This document shows, one piece after another, positions 17,345 through 27,214 of a DNA stretch of 40,427 bases; positions within the stretch are counted from its first letter, which is position 1, and every line of letters starts with the position of its first letter. The position numbers were made by a program, and so were the translations under genes. The DNA lies in the IMG/VR virus record IMGVR_UViG_3300017761_004934, positions 1 to 40,427 of that record. One strand, given 5' to 3'. This stretch comes from a virus. Taxonomy: Duplodnaviria; Caudoviricetes. The notes under the pieces are model-generated. The model searched no databases and was not told where the DNA came from. It saw only the letters and a program-made list of their open reading frames with translations.

Positions 17345-17604
17345 TGCCAAGATACTCTTACACTTGTACAAGCTGTGAGAGCACTGTAGAAGCCTCTCAT
17401 TCAATCAATGAGAGGCTTTCTTATTGTGACTCTTGTGGCACTGACACCTTAAAGAAAAATCTATCAATTCCAACAATAACTAAGCAACCAGAAACCAATA
17501 ATTTGACAAGTAATAAAAATGGTGCTATAGTTAAAGAGAAGATCGAAGAATTTAAAAAAGATCTTAAAGAACAAAAACAACAATTAAAGAATAGGGACTT
17601 ATGA
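17344..17604 (+). CDS. FmdB-family zinc-ribbon protein
   Basis: MPRYSYTCTSC...H....E....CDSCG matches the MP-Y-Y-CxxC...CxxCG pattern. Confidence 0.85.
   Translation: MPRYSYTCTSCESTVEASHSINERLSYCDSCGTDTLKKNLSIPTITKQPETNNLTSNKNGAIVKEKIEEFKKDLKEQKQQLKNRDL
17503..17531 (+). promoter_or_regulatory. Intragenic sigma70-type promoter upstream of the late-sigma gene
   Basis: TTGACA 17503-17508, 17-nt spacer, TG-c-TATAGT ending at 17531. Confidence 0.65.
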
Positions 17605-17918
17605 TTACTTTATCAATCTTATTGTTATTATCGATTACAATAAATGGCTTGTTATTTTGGTATACAAGAAAACTGTTAGAAAAACTTTCTGTATTTACCG
17701 AAGGCGTTATTGAATTTAGAACAAAACTGCAAGAATTGGCAGTGCATTTAGAGTCTGTTCATCAATTGGAAATGTTTTATGGTGAGCCTGTATTACAAAG
17801 GCTTATTCAACATATGAAACTTACAGTTATAGAGATAAAAATGTTTAGTGATTCCTTCATCATTAGCGAAGGTGAAGAAAAAGAGGAACCAGTTAATGAC
17901 CAAGAAAAAGCAGAATAA
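17601..17918 (+). CDS. Hypothetical membrane-anchored coiled-coil protein
   Basis: Hydrophobic N-terminus MITLSILLLLSITINGLLFWY followed by a helical region and an acidic tail. Confidence 0.7.
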   Translation: MITLSILLLLSITINGLLFWYTRKLLEKLSVFTEGVIEFRTKLQELAVHLESVHQLEMFYGEPVLQRLIQHMKLTVIEIKMFSDSFIISEGEEKEEPVNDQEKAE

Positions 17919-18576
17919 TTATTTCACAGATGCTCATGAACAAGCAATTATCAACTATGCACTGACAGATGATAATAAGATTAGAACCGAACTTTATGTA
18001 ACTTACATTGAACCAGCGTTTAATGAAATGGTGGATAAAATAGTATTTACATATAAGTTTACTACTCTTCCAAACATTGATGACCTTAGATCTGAATGCA
18101 AGATTTGGCTTACTACTATATTAGATAAGTTTAATCCTTCATCTGGCTCTAAGGCTTTTTCGTATTTTTCTGTTATTACTAAAAATTGGTTTATTCATAA
18201 AGTTAAGAAAACAGCAGAGCAAACTAAAAGAGAAGTTGGTATTGAAGACCTTACCAAAACGTCTTGCCACAAAACTCTTATTGTTGAACACAATTACTTT
18301 ATAAACAGAGAAGGAAATGAATTTTGGAGAGAGTTTTGGTATGAGATAAACAGTTGGGAACATGTAGAAATGAAAGTTAACGAAAGAAGAGTTGTAGAAG
18401 CAATTAAGATACTAATGCAAGAGCCAGATCACATTGAAATTTTTAATAAAAAAGCAATATATCTTTATATAAGAGAAATTACTGGTCTTAATACAAAACA
18501 AATTGTCAATAACTTAACAAAAGTTCGCAATAGATACAAAGACTTTAAGAATGATTGGGATTCTGGAAATATTTGA
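17896..18576 (+). CDS. Phage late-transcription sigma factor (T4 gp55-like)
   Basis: NNYFT, DDLRSEC and LDKFNPSSGSKAFSYFSVITKNWFI (region-2-like). Start at 17896 follows GAGGA. Lies immediately before the virion genes. Confidence 0.72.
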   Translation: MTKKKQNNYFTDAHEQAIINYALTDDNKIRTELYVTYIEPAFNEMVDKIVFTYKFTTLPNIDDLRSECKIWLTTILDKFNPSSGSKAFSYFSVITKNWFIHKVKKTAEQTKREVGIEDLTKTSCHKTLIVEHNYFINREGNEFWREFWYEINSWEHVEMKVNERRVVEAIKILMQEPDHIEIFNKKAIYLYIREITGLNTKQIVNNLTKVRNRYKDFKNDWDSGNI

Positions 18577-18582
18577 TAAGGT

Positions 18583-18592
18583 TCTAATTATA
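18583..18592 (+). promoter_or_regulatory. Candidate late promoter motif
   Basis: TCTAATTATA just before ATG 18595, at the head of the structural module. Confidence 0.4.
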
Positions 18593-18594
18593 GT

Positions 18595-18891
18595 ATGGCA
18601 AAAAGAAAAACATTAGATGACTATGTTCAACAAGCATTACAAAATATAGAAAAAGATAGAGAAATAACTAATGAGCTTTTGCAAGATGTTTCTCAATATA
18701 TTGGCAAAGATGAACACAGACACGCTGAAGTTGGTCATGTGGCTGCAAAATACGTTGAATCATTACAAAGATCAAATGAGCAACTAGTAAAGTTAACCGC
18801 TTTGATGATGAAAAGAGAATCATCTATATATGGTGATTTAAACGACTCAGACAGAGAAGAGATTTATAATTCTTTAAACGAGGAATCGTAA
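18595..18891 (+). CDS. Hypothetical helical protein
   Basis: 98-aa ORF between the sigma gene and the baseplate genes. Confidence 0.7.
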   Translation: MAKRKTLDDYVQQALQNIEKDREITNELLQDVSQYIGKDEHRHAEVGHVAAKYVESLQRSNEQLVKLTALMMKRESSIYGDLNDSDREEIYNSLNEES

Positions 18892-20127
18892 ATGCCTAAT
18901 GATCCTATAGATAATAAAGATAATCTAAAAAAATATATATATGGTAATTTAAACGTAGCTACTACTCAAAAAAATAGAGATAAATTATATCCAACAAAAA
19001 TTACCAATACATTTTTAAATACAATAGAAGCTGGTGAGAAGCTATTTGAGCCAAACGTGCTCGATTCTACAGGCCCGTATAGAGCTATTGTTTTAAGTGT
19101 TAGCGATGCTGCTCCTTTTGAAAGCACAGACAGCATATTATCAGTATTATTTAATTTTCCTTGGGAAACTACTAAAAAAACTGCAATAGCAAGAATAAAC
19201 GAATATCATCATGCTGCAATACCAATGCCACCAAAGTTTGATGACGGCACAGATGGTATACATCAATTTTTTATTGATATGCATGATAGATTTACATCTT
19301 TAGAACCAATCGATATTGCAGTTGGAGATATAATATTAGTTGACTACAAAGATAGAAAGAACAAAAAAGATGGATTTATAATAAAATCCATTTCAAAAGC
19401 CGATACTGCTGGCGGCGAATCAAGCCCAGGAGCACAAGAAGCTTCTGAAACATATTCTACATCTGAAAATGACGATTCGTTTCAGCCAGTACAGCCTTCA
19501 AAAACTTACAAAGCACAAAATTTATGTGGTGATTCTGCTGAAGTTATTGAAACTGCTTTAAGAATTGGTATAGAACCCGCATTACTGGCTGCATTTAGGT
19601 CTGTTGAAAGTGGAGGAGGAAGGAATCCAAATACTATAAGATTTGAGCCTCATCTTTTTAATCCTTGCTCTGGTTCAAAACAAAGAGGAAAGCCAGTGTC
19701 TGATACTCGACGTATAGGAAAGGACGGTAAAGAAGAAGGGTTTTCAAGAGAGTCTTCAGAAACTAAACAAGCAGCATTTCAAAAAGCTTTTGCAATAAAT
19801 AAACAATGTGCTTTAAATTCAACAAGTTTTGGAATATACCAAGTATTGGGTTCTAACTTTTCAGGTATCAGTAGCAACCCAGATGAAGCAGTTAGACTAT
19901 TTAATCAAGATCCTGTTGGAATATCCAAAAAATTAGTTGAAGCATGGTTTAAAAGTAATCCAATAGCAATTAGATATGCAAATGATTTAAATTTTGCAAA
20001 ATTAGCTGAAAAATATAATGGTCCATTATATGCTCAAAATAATTATGATGTATATTTAGCTGCTGCTTATGATCAAGCAATTACTCAATGTCCAGAATAT
20101 CTTGAATATTCACAATCAGAAGGTTAA
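18892..20127 (+). CDS. Baseplate hub/tail-associated protein with C-terminal N-acetylmuramidase (DUF3380-like)
   Basis: AFRSVESGGG, IRFEPHLF, STSFGIYQVLGSNF and FAKLAEKYNGPLYAQNNYD. The N-terminal YRAIVL...VGDIILVDY region is OB-fold-like, followed by an acidic Ser-rich linker. Confidence 0.8.
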   Translation: MPNDPIDNKDNLKKYIYGNLNVATTQKNRDKLYPTKITNTFLNTIEAGEKLFEPNVLDSTGPYRAIVLSVSDAAPFESTDSILSVLFNFPWETTKKTAIARINEYHHAAIPMPPKFDDGTDGIHQFFIDMHDRFTSLEPIDIAVGDIILVDYKDRKNKKDGFIIKSISKADTAGGESSPGAQEASETYSTSENDDSFQPVQPSKTYKAQNLCGDSAEVIETALRIGIEPALLAAFRSVESGGGRNPNTIRFEPHLFNPCSGSKQRGKPVSDTRRIGKDGKEEGFSRESSETKQAAFQKAFAINKQCALNSTSFGIYQVLGSNFSGISSNPDEAVRLFNQDPVGISKKLVEAWFKSNPIAIRYANDLNFAKLAEKYNGPLYAQNNYDVYLAAAYDQAITQCPEYLEYSQSEG

Positions 20128-20129
20128 AA

Positions 20130-21059
20130 ATGGCAGAAAATAAAAATATATCTTCAAAAACAAACGATAAATTAGCTAATGGCGCTTCTAGTTTTTATAT
20201 AAACAATGGAATTGGTTCAAGTTATAAACCATATCCAAAAGTAAGAAGAAATACAAGTGAAACAGAAACTTCATTGAATGTTAATTCATCAAATTCTTAT
20301 ATAGTGCTAGGTAAGGATAGACCAGCAAGTCTATTTAGTGGAGAAGGTGGTGCTGGTTCTGATAACTGTGATGCTATTGACATAGTAGCTGGCCCTTTAA
20401 ATAAGGACTTAAAATTACAAGATTCAAGTGATAATAACATATTAAGTTTTAATCCTAATTTTGCAAAAGATGCTAGTAGAATTTATATAACCCAAAACGG
20501 TAATATAGATGATTATTTTGGTTTAAGAGATGGTCTAGAATTAGACAACAATAATAAAACTAAGAAATTTGCAAGTTCAAGAGGAAAATCTGCTATTGCA
20601 CTAAAATCTGACCATATAAGAATAATTTCAAGAGAATTAATAAAGCTAGTTTCTTCTGGAACTGATGATACAGATAATAATGGAGGAGTTTGTTTAATAG
20701 CACAAAACGACGAAGATAGTTTAGAACCTATGGTATTAGGTAATAAACTAGTAAATTATTTAGATGAAAAGTTGATAAAAGTATTAACCGAAGTAATTCA
20801 ATTAATATATGAGTTTATGAATGAACAGGTTGAATTTAATTCACAAGTAATGATACATAATCATGTAAGTCCATTTTTTGGAATTGTTGTTCCTCCAAGT
20901 ATTTCTCTTGCCAGTAGAGGTGGGAAGAATCAGCTAAACCACCTTAAGACAATAATCAATTCCATAAAAACTTCATCAAATAATGAGATTGGTAACAAGA
21001 TGCCATTATTTCCAGTAAGCAAGGATTATATATTAAGTAACTATCATAAATTAAACTAA
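20130..21059 (+). CDS. Putative baseplate central spike protein
   Basis: Beta-strand-rich body (SYIVLGKDR, SRIYIT, SAIALKSDHIRII), EPMVLG and an HNH (HxH) motif near the C-terminus; located in the baseplate module. Confidence 0.55.
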   Translation: MAENKNISSKTNDKLANGASSFYINNGIGSSYKPYPKVRRNTSETETSLNVNSSNSYIVLGKDRPASLFSGEGGAGSDNCDAIDIVAGPLNKDLKLQDSSDNNILSFNPNFAKDASRIYITQNGNIDDYFGLRDGLELDNNNKTKKFASSRGKSAIALKSDHIRIISRELIKLVSSGTDDTDNNGGVCLIAQNDEDSLEPMVLGNKLVNYLDEKLIKVLTEVIQLIYEFMNEQVEFNSQVMIHNHVSPFFGIVVPPSISLASRGGKNQLNHLKTIINSIKTSSNNEIGNKMPLFPVSKDYILSNYHKLN

Positions 21060-21067
21060 ATATATAT

Positions 21068-22846
21068 ATGGCTACTCACTTCCTTTACAACGCATCGAAT
21101 CTAATAAAACTATATAGACAACCATCTTACTATACACTTGCTTTAACTGCACCAAACAACACTTATGTAACTGTATTATCAGAATTTGAAGGATCTAATT
21201 GTTCACTACATAAAATTGAATTTAATGGAAAAAATTATTATGTAGATGTAGCTGATATTAAGAGGTCCGCAAACACACCAGAATCTGCTCCTTTTGTTTG
21301 CACGATAGAGTATATTAATAATTTTATACAACCAGATTGGACAATGATGGAACCAGATGTTCCATACTATGATTCATCTGACAAAACATATACCATACCA
21401 ATAATAACAAATTATACTAAAATTGATAATAAAGAATTGTTTATAAAAGATTCAATAAGAACAGGAACAAAAAAATTACTAGACTTTTATTATAAAGATT
21501 CATCTGATGAAAATCTTGATAAACTCCTGTCTTATTTTAAATTTGCATTTTTTAAAGATTATTATGTGCGACCAATATCTAATTCTAGAATTAAAAGTTT
21601 AGTATCTATTCCAAAAAAATACTTTGATGCCGTCCCAGCTAAAGATATTCTATTAGATATACCACAAAATTCACAAGTTTTTAGTTTATCAACAAAAGAT
21701 TTAAGAAATAAACTATTCTATATTAAAAATGTTATGAATTTTTATGATAAAGCTTTATCATCTTCAAATGTGCAAATACAAAATTTTTCTTTTTCAAAAG
21801 AGTTTAAAAAATTAATTAATTTTTATCAAAAATTATATAATATATTTTCTTTAAACGATATACAAATAAAAGACAATGTAGATGAAACATTAGAAATTTT
21901 ACTAGATGAATGTGGTAGATTTCACTCTGCATCTTTAAGAGTTAATAACGTTTGTAAATATCCTTTAGTTGGCTTAAACAATTTAAGGAATAACGATTAC
22001 GGAAGAAGTCAGAGAACATTAAATTTATTTAAATATATTGATTCACTATACTTTGTTGATCCGTGTAGAATGTCGTTGTCTGATTTTGTTGAAAAATATG
22101 TTCTATATCCTCCAATCATAACAGCAGCAGCTCAAAATTTATTAGATCAAAATCAATTAGATTTTGATAAAATGCTTTCTTTTGTAAATTCTACAACTCA
22201 AACATTAAATTCAATTTCGTTAAAAACATCAATTTCAAATGAATTTGAAAATAAATACAGTTTAGAATTAAAAAAATCAATTGATCATTTGAAAAAATAT
22301 TATAGCTGGGAAAGTTTTTATGATAAAGATAAAGATATATTTAAAGATCTAAATTTTACTGAAGACCTAACTAAATTACAAAATAAAAAAACATCTGGAA
22401 CTGATTTTGAAAAATTTCAAGCTTCACTAATACCAAACAATATAGAAAATCAATCTAGACAAAGAAAAAATGCTATAAAGTTTGTTTACAGCGTACTTTC
22501 TTTAAATCAAATATTGTGTAAATTAGGACCAAAAGCTTTAAATTGTTTACTCAACCTTTTAGCTACTACTATAGGTACTAACAATGGTGTAAACAATAGT
22601 TTATCTTTAATTGCAACAACTACTTATAGCTTAGAAGAAATAAAAACTAAAGTTTTTCCATTTTTATCAAAAGAAGAAAAACAGATTGTTCTCTCTGAAC
22701 TAATGGAACAATTCTGTCTGACAAATTCAGATTTAGTAGATGTTTTAAAGAAAAGTAAAAATTTAACAAAAACAGAAATACAAAAATATAGTTCTTATAG
22801 TTTTGATATGTTAAAACAAACAATTTTAAATGAGATTATAACATGA
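21068..22846 (+). CDS. Hypothetical virion protein, possible N-terminal SH3b-like domain
   Basis: 592-aa ORF with N-terminal LYRQPS...VTVLSE...HKIEFNGKNYYV. Confidence 0.6.
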   Translation: MATHFLYNASNLIKLYRQPSYYTLALTAPNNTYVTVLSEFEGSNCSLHKIEFNGKNYYVDVADIKRSANTPESAPFVCTIEYINNFIQPDWTMMEPDVPYYDSSDKTYTIPIITNYTKIDNKELFIKDSIRTGTKKLLDFYYKDSSDENLDKLLSYFKFAFFKDYYVRPISNSRIKSLVSIPKKYFDAVPAKDILLDIPQNSQVFSLSTKDLRNKLFYIKNVMNFYDKALSSSNVQIQNFSFSKEFKKLINFYQKLYNIFSLNDIQIKDNVDETLEILLDECGRFHSASLRVNNVCKYPLVGLNNLRNNDYGRSQRTLNLFKYIDSLYFVDPCRMSLSDFVEKYVLYPPIITAAAQNLLDQNQLDFDKMLSFVNSTTQTLNSISLKTSISNEFENKYSLELKKSIDHLKKYYSWESFYDKDKDIFKDLNFTEDLTKLQNKKTSGTDFEKFQASLIPNNIENQSRQRKNAIKFVYSVLSLNQILCKLGPKALNCLLNLLATTIGTNNGVNNSLSLIATTTYSLEEIKTKVFPFLSKEEKQIVLSELMEQFCLTNSDLVDVLKKSKNLTKTEIQKYSSYSFDMLKQTILNEIIT

Positions 22847-25800
22847 ACGATGAAACCTGTTTCCCAGAAGTACAGTACAATGAACTAATACAAACTAAAA
22901 TCATTAATTCTATATTCGATAAGATTTCTGAATGTTCTAACGAAAAAGAAGTAAAAGATAAAATTAACGATTTGCTTACAGAAAAATCAAAATTAGGTTT
23001 AATCTCTTTAGAATCATTAAGAGATAGTGATGATTTTAAAGATAAAATAAATTTATTGCTTGAATGTTCATTAACTGAGGTGAATAATACAATAGGTGAA
23101 GAAGTAGATGTTTCTTACATAGTTAAGGGAATTACATCTTTTGTTTGTAATCCACCAACATTTCAATTTCCAGATATAAATATTAATTTCAATTTTTCTC
23201 TAAAAGATGTTTTTAACAAAATATTATTTGAATTAATAGACATACTTGTTCAAACAATTATGCAAATTTTACAAAAAATATTAGATGTAGTTACCAACTT
23301 ATGCGAGGGTGGCATAGAGAATCTGATTCAAGGTTACGAAAGTATATCAAATATATTAAACCAAGGTTTTGCTGATTCTTTTAACTTAAAAATAGACGCT
23401 ATACAAAAAGAATTAGAAAAAATATTTAACACATTTGGTTTTCAAGCAGATGGAAATATTATAAGGTCATCAAACTTTCCAGAATGTGATGAGAATCTAG
23501 AAAGTATTAAAAGTATCAATAATTTCTTAAATGATTTATCTATGATGCTTACTCCAAATGAAATATGCCTTTTATTAGAAGGAAATCCAAACAACTTAAC
23601 TCTAGATACTATAAAAGAATTGTTAAATTTTGATTATAAATTATTAAAATCAAGATTAAGTGATGACATAATCATAGTTGATTTTTTTGCAAAATTAGGA
23701 AGGTTTGTTCCAACTAAAATATGCAATGATATTAGACAAAGACACCAAGAGATTACAGATTCAAGATTTAGTGATGTATGTGATACAAATGAATCTACAA
23801 GAGAGACAATTCGTTCAAGATTGTTGCGTGCTGCTGGTAACTCTGACGAAGAAATTAAACAACTTTTAGAAAACGAAAGAAAAAGATACGCAGATAGATT
23901 TAATAGTTTAGCTAAATTTCTTGGAAACTATAGAAAGGATCCAAATTCTGTTTTTAACGAACTACAAACTAATATATTTTGTAAAAATGGAAAAGCAGGT
24001 TCTTTGACATTAAAGAATTTTCCACTAATTGAAAATACAGCAAAAACTGTTATTGATACTTATTTTGCAACAACCAGAAGTACTCATTTTAGAGAATCAC
24101 AAAATGTACAAGATTTATTTTTTAATAAGAAAACTCAAAGAAGAAAAGTAACTAGATTTTATAGTGCAGTACCACAAGACAAAAGAAGAATTGGAAATAT
24201 AAGAATTGAGAATGGTGAGAACGTAGATTATAAAAGAGTTCAAGCATTAGGCAATCCTTTATACTACACAGACAAAGAAGAATATGCACTTGTAGTAGAA
24301 AAATATTCACCAGATATAATATTAAATTTTACAAATGAAATATCTAAAAAAATATTTATTTATATAAATGATTATTTATCAAGAGTTGGTAATGTAATTG
24401 CACAAGGTCAAGGTTCTGATATATATGAAGATATTTTTGATGATCGCAGTATTGAAGCTGTAAGCAACGTATATAATCAGATTATAAATTCTGAGTCTCT
24501 TTTACAATTAAGTGAAAAACTGTATCAAGATTACTTTATTGGCGATAGTGCAATTGCTTATAATACTGTTTATGATTTTATAACAGAAAATCAAGTAGTA
24601 AATTATTTTTCAAACCAATTTAATTATGAAGATAAACCAAATAAAAAAGATATTTTAAAAGAAATGCTTAAATATGAATTTCAATTTCCAGAGGATTATT
24701 ATGTAGAAATTCCAAAACCAGATGGCACTCGTTTAAAAGCTATTGTGTTTGTTAACTTTGCTGGTTTTGAAACAAATTCTTTAAATTTAGAATTAATTTT
24801 AGAAAACTTTTTTCGACAAGCTACATTTATTAGACAAAATGTTAACGAAGACACATTAAGAGAACCAGATGACCGATATTATGCTTTATCGGATTATGGT
24901 CTGTCATCTTATGAAGTTAATCAATTGCCAAAAAGAGAAGTTTACACTTTAAGACAATTAAGAGTAACAAATACAGAAAATATAGATAATAGATGGTTAG
25001 CAGATATCAATAAAATAATGAAAGATAACGCAACTGAGGAACAGCCAATAGGTATTTTAGAAGAATATCAAACTTCAAACTTAATAAATTATTTAGAGGA
25101 AACCCCCAGTTTTTCTAATCAAGAAAAAACAATTAATAGCTTAGATTTAAAATATACATCTATATTTAATCAAACAAATCTAATACTACCACAAGACAAT
25201 TCAGTTCTAACAATTAATGAGCTGTACACTGACGAGCTTTCAAATATTATAAACTCTCTTGATGTTCAACAAATTGATCAAGTAAATTATTTATTAAATA
25301 AAGATTATAATATTGATAATGTTGAAAAATTAAATAAAAAAACTCTTTTATACGAAACATCAAATTTTACAAATGGCCCTTTCAGAGAAACACCAGAATC
25401 TATAAAACGACAAATAAAAGATATAGTTAATTATAAAAACGCAAACACATCTTGGCAAATTGATGCATTTAAAAGAATAACAAATCTTGATGAATCAAAA
25501 TACTATGAAAATTTTGCAAATATTTTAAACTATCTTCAAACAAACACAGATCTTGCAGTAGATATATCCAATAAAGAATTAATAAATTTAATTTTAATTA
25601 TTCCTTTTGAACAAATAATTGGATTAAAATCTGTAAAAAATAAATGTACTAACGACTATCTTAACGATCCATGTGCAATTAGTGAGGAAAATAATTTAAA
25701 CGAACCACCTATGCTAAACAAATACATTGCTGTGGCTCAAATAAGATTATTAATTAGAACTTTATGTCTCAGACAAGAACTCAAAGATTTATTGAGTTTG

Positions 25801-26793
25801 TCAAAAATAAATGCATATAACTATGTTCACAATGATGATACATATATTGAATTTCTATTACAAGTAATAAAACAAGATTTAAGAAGACTATCTGGTGCTT
25901 CTACTTTGTTTTATGACTTGATAGTGAAGTATATTGAAGAAAGTGTTGACTTATTAATCGAAACACAAAATACTTTAATTGATCCTATTTCAAATCAAGA
26001 AATTAAATTAGATCAAGAATTAAGTACAGATTTTAAAATTAGATATTTTATAAAACAAGAATATTCTCAAATATTAGATAAAATTGAAAATTTGTTTATT
26101 AGCACAGATTTAAATTTAGCAAAAGAAACAAATAGAAATATTATTGAGAATAAAATTTTACAAACAATAGATATACCAAACGAATTGAAGACTCAGTACA
26201 GAGATGTTCTACTAGAATTTATTTATCCAACTTCTAAAATTTTATCAATAATGAAAATTAATAAAATTGTAACAGTCTCTACCAAGTATAGTCAGTTTAA
26301 TTCTATATTTACATCAACTTTATTTTCTTTGAGGTCAAACATATTCACTCTTTTAACCGTAGACCCTCTATACAAAGATTGTTTTGACCCATTCTCAATC
26401 GAAGGACTTGATATAGATAGTTATAATCTTGATGCTATAGCAGATATGATAAAGAAATTTATCATACAAGCACCAATAGAAATTATTAAAGGTTTAGCAG
26501 AATCTTTTGATCCAAATATTAGAATTGCTAATCCAATAAGAAACGCAGCAGAATTTGTTTCTAAAACAACGCTGCCTTGTTTACCTTTCTCGCTTGCTTT
26601 ATTACCAGTTGGTCTAGTACCCTTTGGTTTTGGACCACCAGTTCTTCCACCTTGGGGATTTGCATATTTAGCTTTAGATACTGCTCAATTTTTACTTACT
26701 CCAAAACAAAAAGCATTAAAACTTAAAGCAGCAAAAGGAATTGGTTTATTTAATAAATTAGAAGAACTTTTTGAAAAGTCAGAAGATTGTTAG
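22843..26793 (+). CDS. Large hypothetical virion protein
   Basis: 1316-aa acidic helical ORF coupled by ATGA, with a Pro/Gly-rich hydrophobic C-terminal segment; precedes gp25. Confidence 0.7.
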   Translation: MNDETCFPEVQYNELIQTKIINSIFDKISECSNEKEVKDKINDLLTEKSKLGLISLESLRDSDDFKDKINLLLECSLTEVNNTIGEEVDVSYIVKGITSFVCNPPTFQFPDININFNFSLKDVFNKILFELIDILVQTIMQILQKILDVVTNLCEGGIENLIQGYESISNILNQGFADSFNLKIDAIQKELEKIFNTFGFQADGNIIRSSNFPECDENLESIKSINNFLNDLSMMLTPNEICLLLEGNPNNLTLDTIKELLNFDYKLLKSRLSDDIIIVDFFAKLGRFVPTKICNDIRQRHQEITDSRFSDVCDTNESTRETIRSRLLRAAGNSDEEIKQLLENERKRYADRFNSLAKFLGNYRKDPNSVFNELQTNIFCKNGKAGSLTLKNFPLIENTAKTVIDTYFATTRSTHFRESQNVQDLFFNKKTQRRKVTRFYSAVPQDKRRIGNIRIENGENVDYKRVQALGNPLYYTDKEEYALVVEKYSPDIILNFTNEISKKIFIYINDYLSRVGNVIAQGQGSDIYEDIFDDRSIEAVSNVYNQIINSESLLQLSEKLYQDYFIGDSAIAYNTVYDFITENQVVNYFSNQFNYEDKPNKKDILKEMLKYEFQFPEDYYVEIPKPDGTRLKAIVFVNFAGFETNSLNLELILENFFRQATFIRQNVNEDTLREPDDRYYALSDYGLSSYEVNQLPKREVYTLRQLRVTNTENIDNRWLADINKIMKDNATEEQPIGILEEYQTSNLINYLEETPSFSNQEKTINSLDLKYTSIFNQTNLILPQDNSVLTINELYTDELSNIINSLDVQQIDQVNYLLNKDYNIDNVEKLNKKTLLYETSNFTNGPFRETPESIKRQIKDIVNYKNANTSWQIDAFKRITNLDESKYYENFANILNYLQTNTDLAVDISNKELINLILIIPFEQIIGLKSVKNKCTNDYLNDPCAISEENNLNEPPMLNKYIAVAQIRLLIRTLCLRQELKDLLSLSKINAYNYVHNDDTYIEFLLQVIKQDLRRLSGASTLFYDLIVKYIEESVDLLIETQNTLIDPISNQEIKLDQELSTDFKIRYFIKQEYSQILDKIENLFISTDLNLAKETNRNIIENKILQTIDIPNELKTQYRDVLLEFIYPTSKILSIMKINKIVTVSTKYSQFNSIFTSTLFSLRSNIFTLLTVDPLYKDCFDPFSIEGLDIDSYNLDAIADMIKKFIIQAPIEIIKGLAESFDPNIRIANPIRNAAEFVSKTTLPCLPFSLALLPVGLVPFGFGPPVLPPWGFAYLALDTAQFLLTPKQKALKLKAAKGIGLFNKLEELFEKSEDC

Positions 26794-26803
26794 GAGATAA
26801 AAG

Positions 26804-27187
26804 ATGCCAAATTATGCGCCAAGATTACCATTAACAATAGATAAAATAGATGGTGCTTATTCTTTAGTAAAAGATTTAAAGATATTGGCACAACAAAATT
26901 TAAAAATGTTGTTATTAACAGAACCTGGGGAAAGAATCATGCTTCCATCCTATGGTGTTGGGTTAAAAAGAAGATTATTTGAAATATCTTCTCCAAGTCT
27001 TGGTGATGAAATTAAAAGTTCTATACTTCAAAAAGTTAGAATTTATTTACCATATATATCAATAACAAACATTGAAGTTCAAGAAAGTTCAACTAACCAA
27101 AATATAACTGAATATGCGTTAGAAATTAAAATTTATTATAATATTTTACCAATTAAAGAAAATGATTTATTGACTATTCAATTGTGA
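26804..27187 (+). CDS. Baseplate wedge subunit, GPW/gp25 family
   Basis: QNLKMLLLTEPGERIMLPSYGVGLKRRLFE...YLPYISI. Confidence 0.92.
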   Translation: MPNYAPRLPLTIDKIDGAYSLVKDLKILAQQNLKMLLLTEPGERIMLPSYGVGLKRRLFEISSPSLGDEIKSSILQKVRIYLPYISITNIEVQESSTNQNITEYALEIKIYYNILPIKENDLLTIQL

Positions 27188-27197
27188 ACTATTTAAT
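27188..27197 (+). promoter_or_regulatory. Candidate late promoter motif
   Basis: ACTATTTAAT in the short gap before the gp6-like gene. Confidence 0.4.
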
Positions 27198-27214
27198 AAT
27201 TGGAAACATAATAA

